A stretch of 64,000 nt of DNA from Mytilus californianus (Eukaryota): contig NW_026262701.1 of the NCBI RefSeq assembly GCF_021869535.1, positions 101,122,001-101,186,000 of the forward strand, in the 5' to 3' direction. The notes under the pieces are model-generated. The model was given only the letters and a program-made list of their open reading frames with translations. It searched no databases and was not told where the DNA came from. A program made the position numbers and the translations under genes. Each line of letters starts with the position of its first letter. Positions within the stretch are counted from its first letter, which is position 1. This document shows positions 63,612-64,000 of the stretch, in pieces.

Positions 63612-64000
63612 GTAAGTTTTACGATTATACGATTTTCAGCTTTCTTAGAATGATTTCTTATTGTGTTTTTCCCTAAATTGAAACTTGCACAACAATAAGA
63701 AATTTTACTTTACTGTACATAAACAACTGTTTTGCATTGCTAAACAGCTGAATTTTTTGTCAGTATAAAGTTAGCTTACCTCTATTTGAAATTCTAAGAG
63801 TCTTGATTTATCATTCTGTAAATGACTATACTCTCATGAAAAGGTTATACCTATGAACATTTGATATGTTTAAAAAAAAAAAAAATAGTATCAAGTGGCC
63901 ATGTTTTAGTCCAGCATGACAAATGATCTTTATTTTTTTGTTTGGCCTTCATTAACTGGACAATGGTGAGAATGGCTTCTAAACTCTACAATCTATTGTA

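Overview
AT-rich, intron-rich animal genomic DNA. The repeat families suggest a bivalve such as Mytilus (inference, not verified). Four protein-coding genes were reconstructed by hand from GT-AG boundaries and reading-frame continuity. (1) The 5' part of NUP93 on the minus strand (6 coding exons; it runs off the left edge). (2) A complete 14-coding-exon DUS2 tRNA-dihydrouridine synthase with a C-terminal dsRBD on the plus strand, head-to-head with NUP93. (3) An intronless casein kinase I alpha on the minus strand. (4) The 5' part of an LPCAT1/2-family lysophospholipid acyltransferase on the plus strand, divergent from CK1-alpha and running off the right edge. Introns are full of Helentron/HINE-like elements carrying tandem arrays, tRNA-derived SINEs, several MITE families, a foldback element, a hAT transposase relic and a frameshifted CR1/L2-like LINE nested in a MITE. 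The top finding is in LPCAT: it has two tandem, phase-matched, frame-incompatible versions of the exon encoding the catalytic HxxxxD motif, i.e. predicted mutually exclusive exons. One resembles vertebrate LPCAT1 (PHSSYFD) and the other resembles LPCAT2/LPCAT4 (PHSTFMD). A single gene may therefore make both enzyme types by splicing. Homologue comparisons are from recalled sequences, not database searches.
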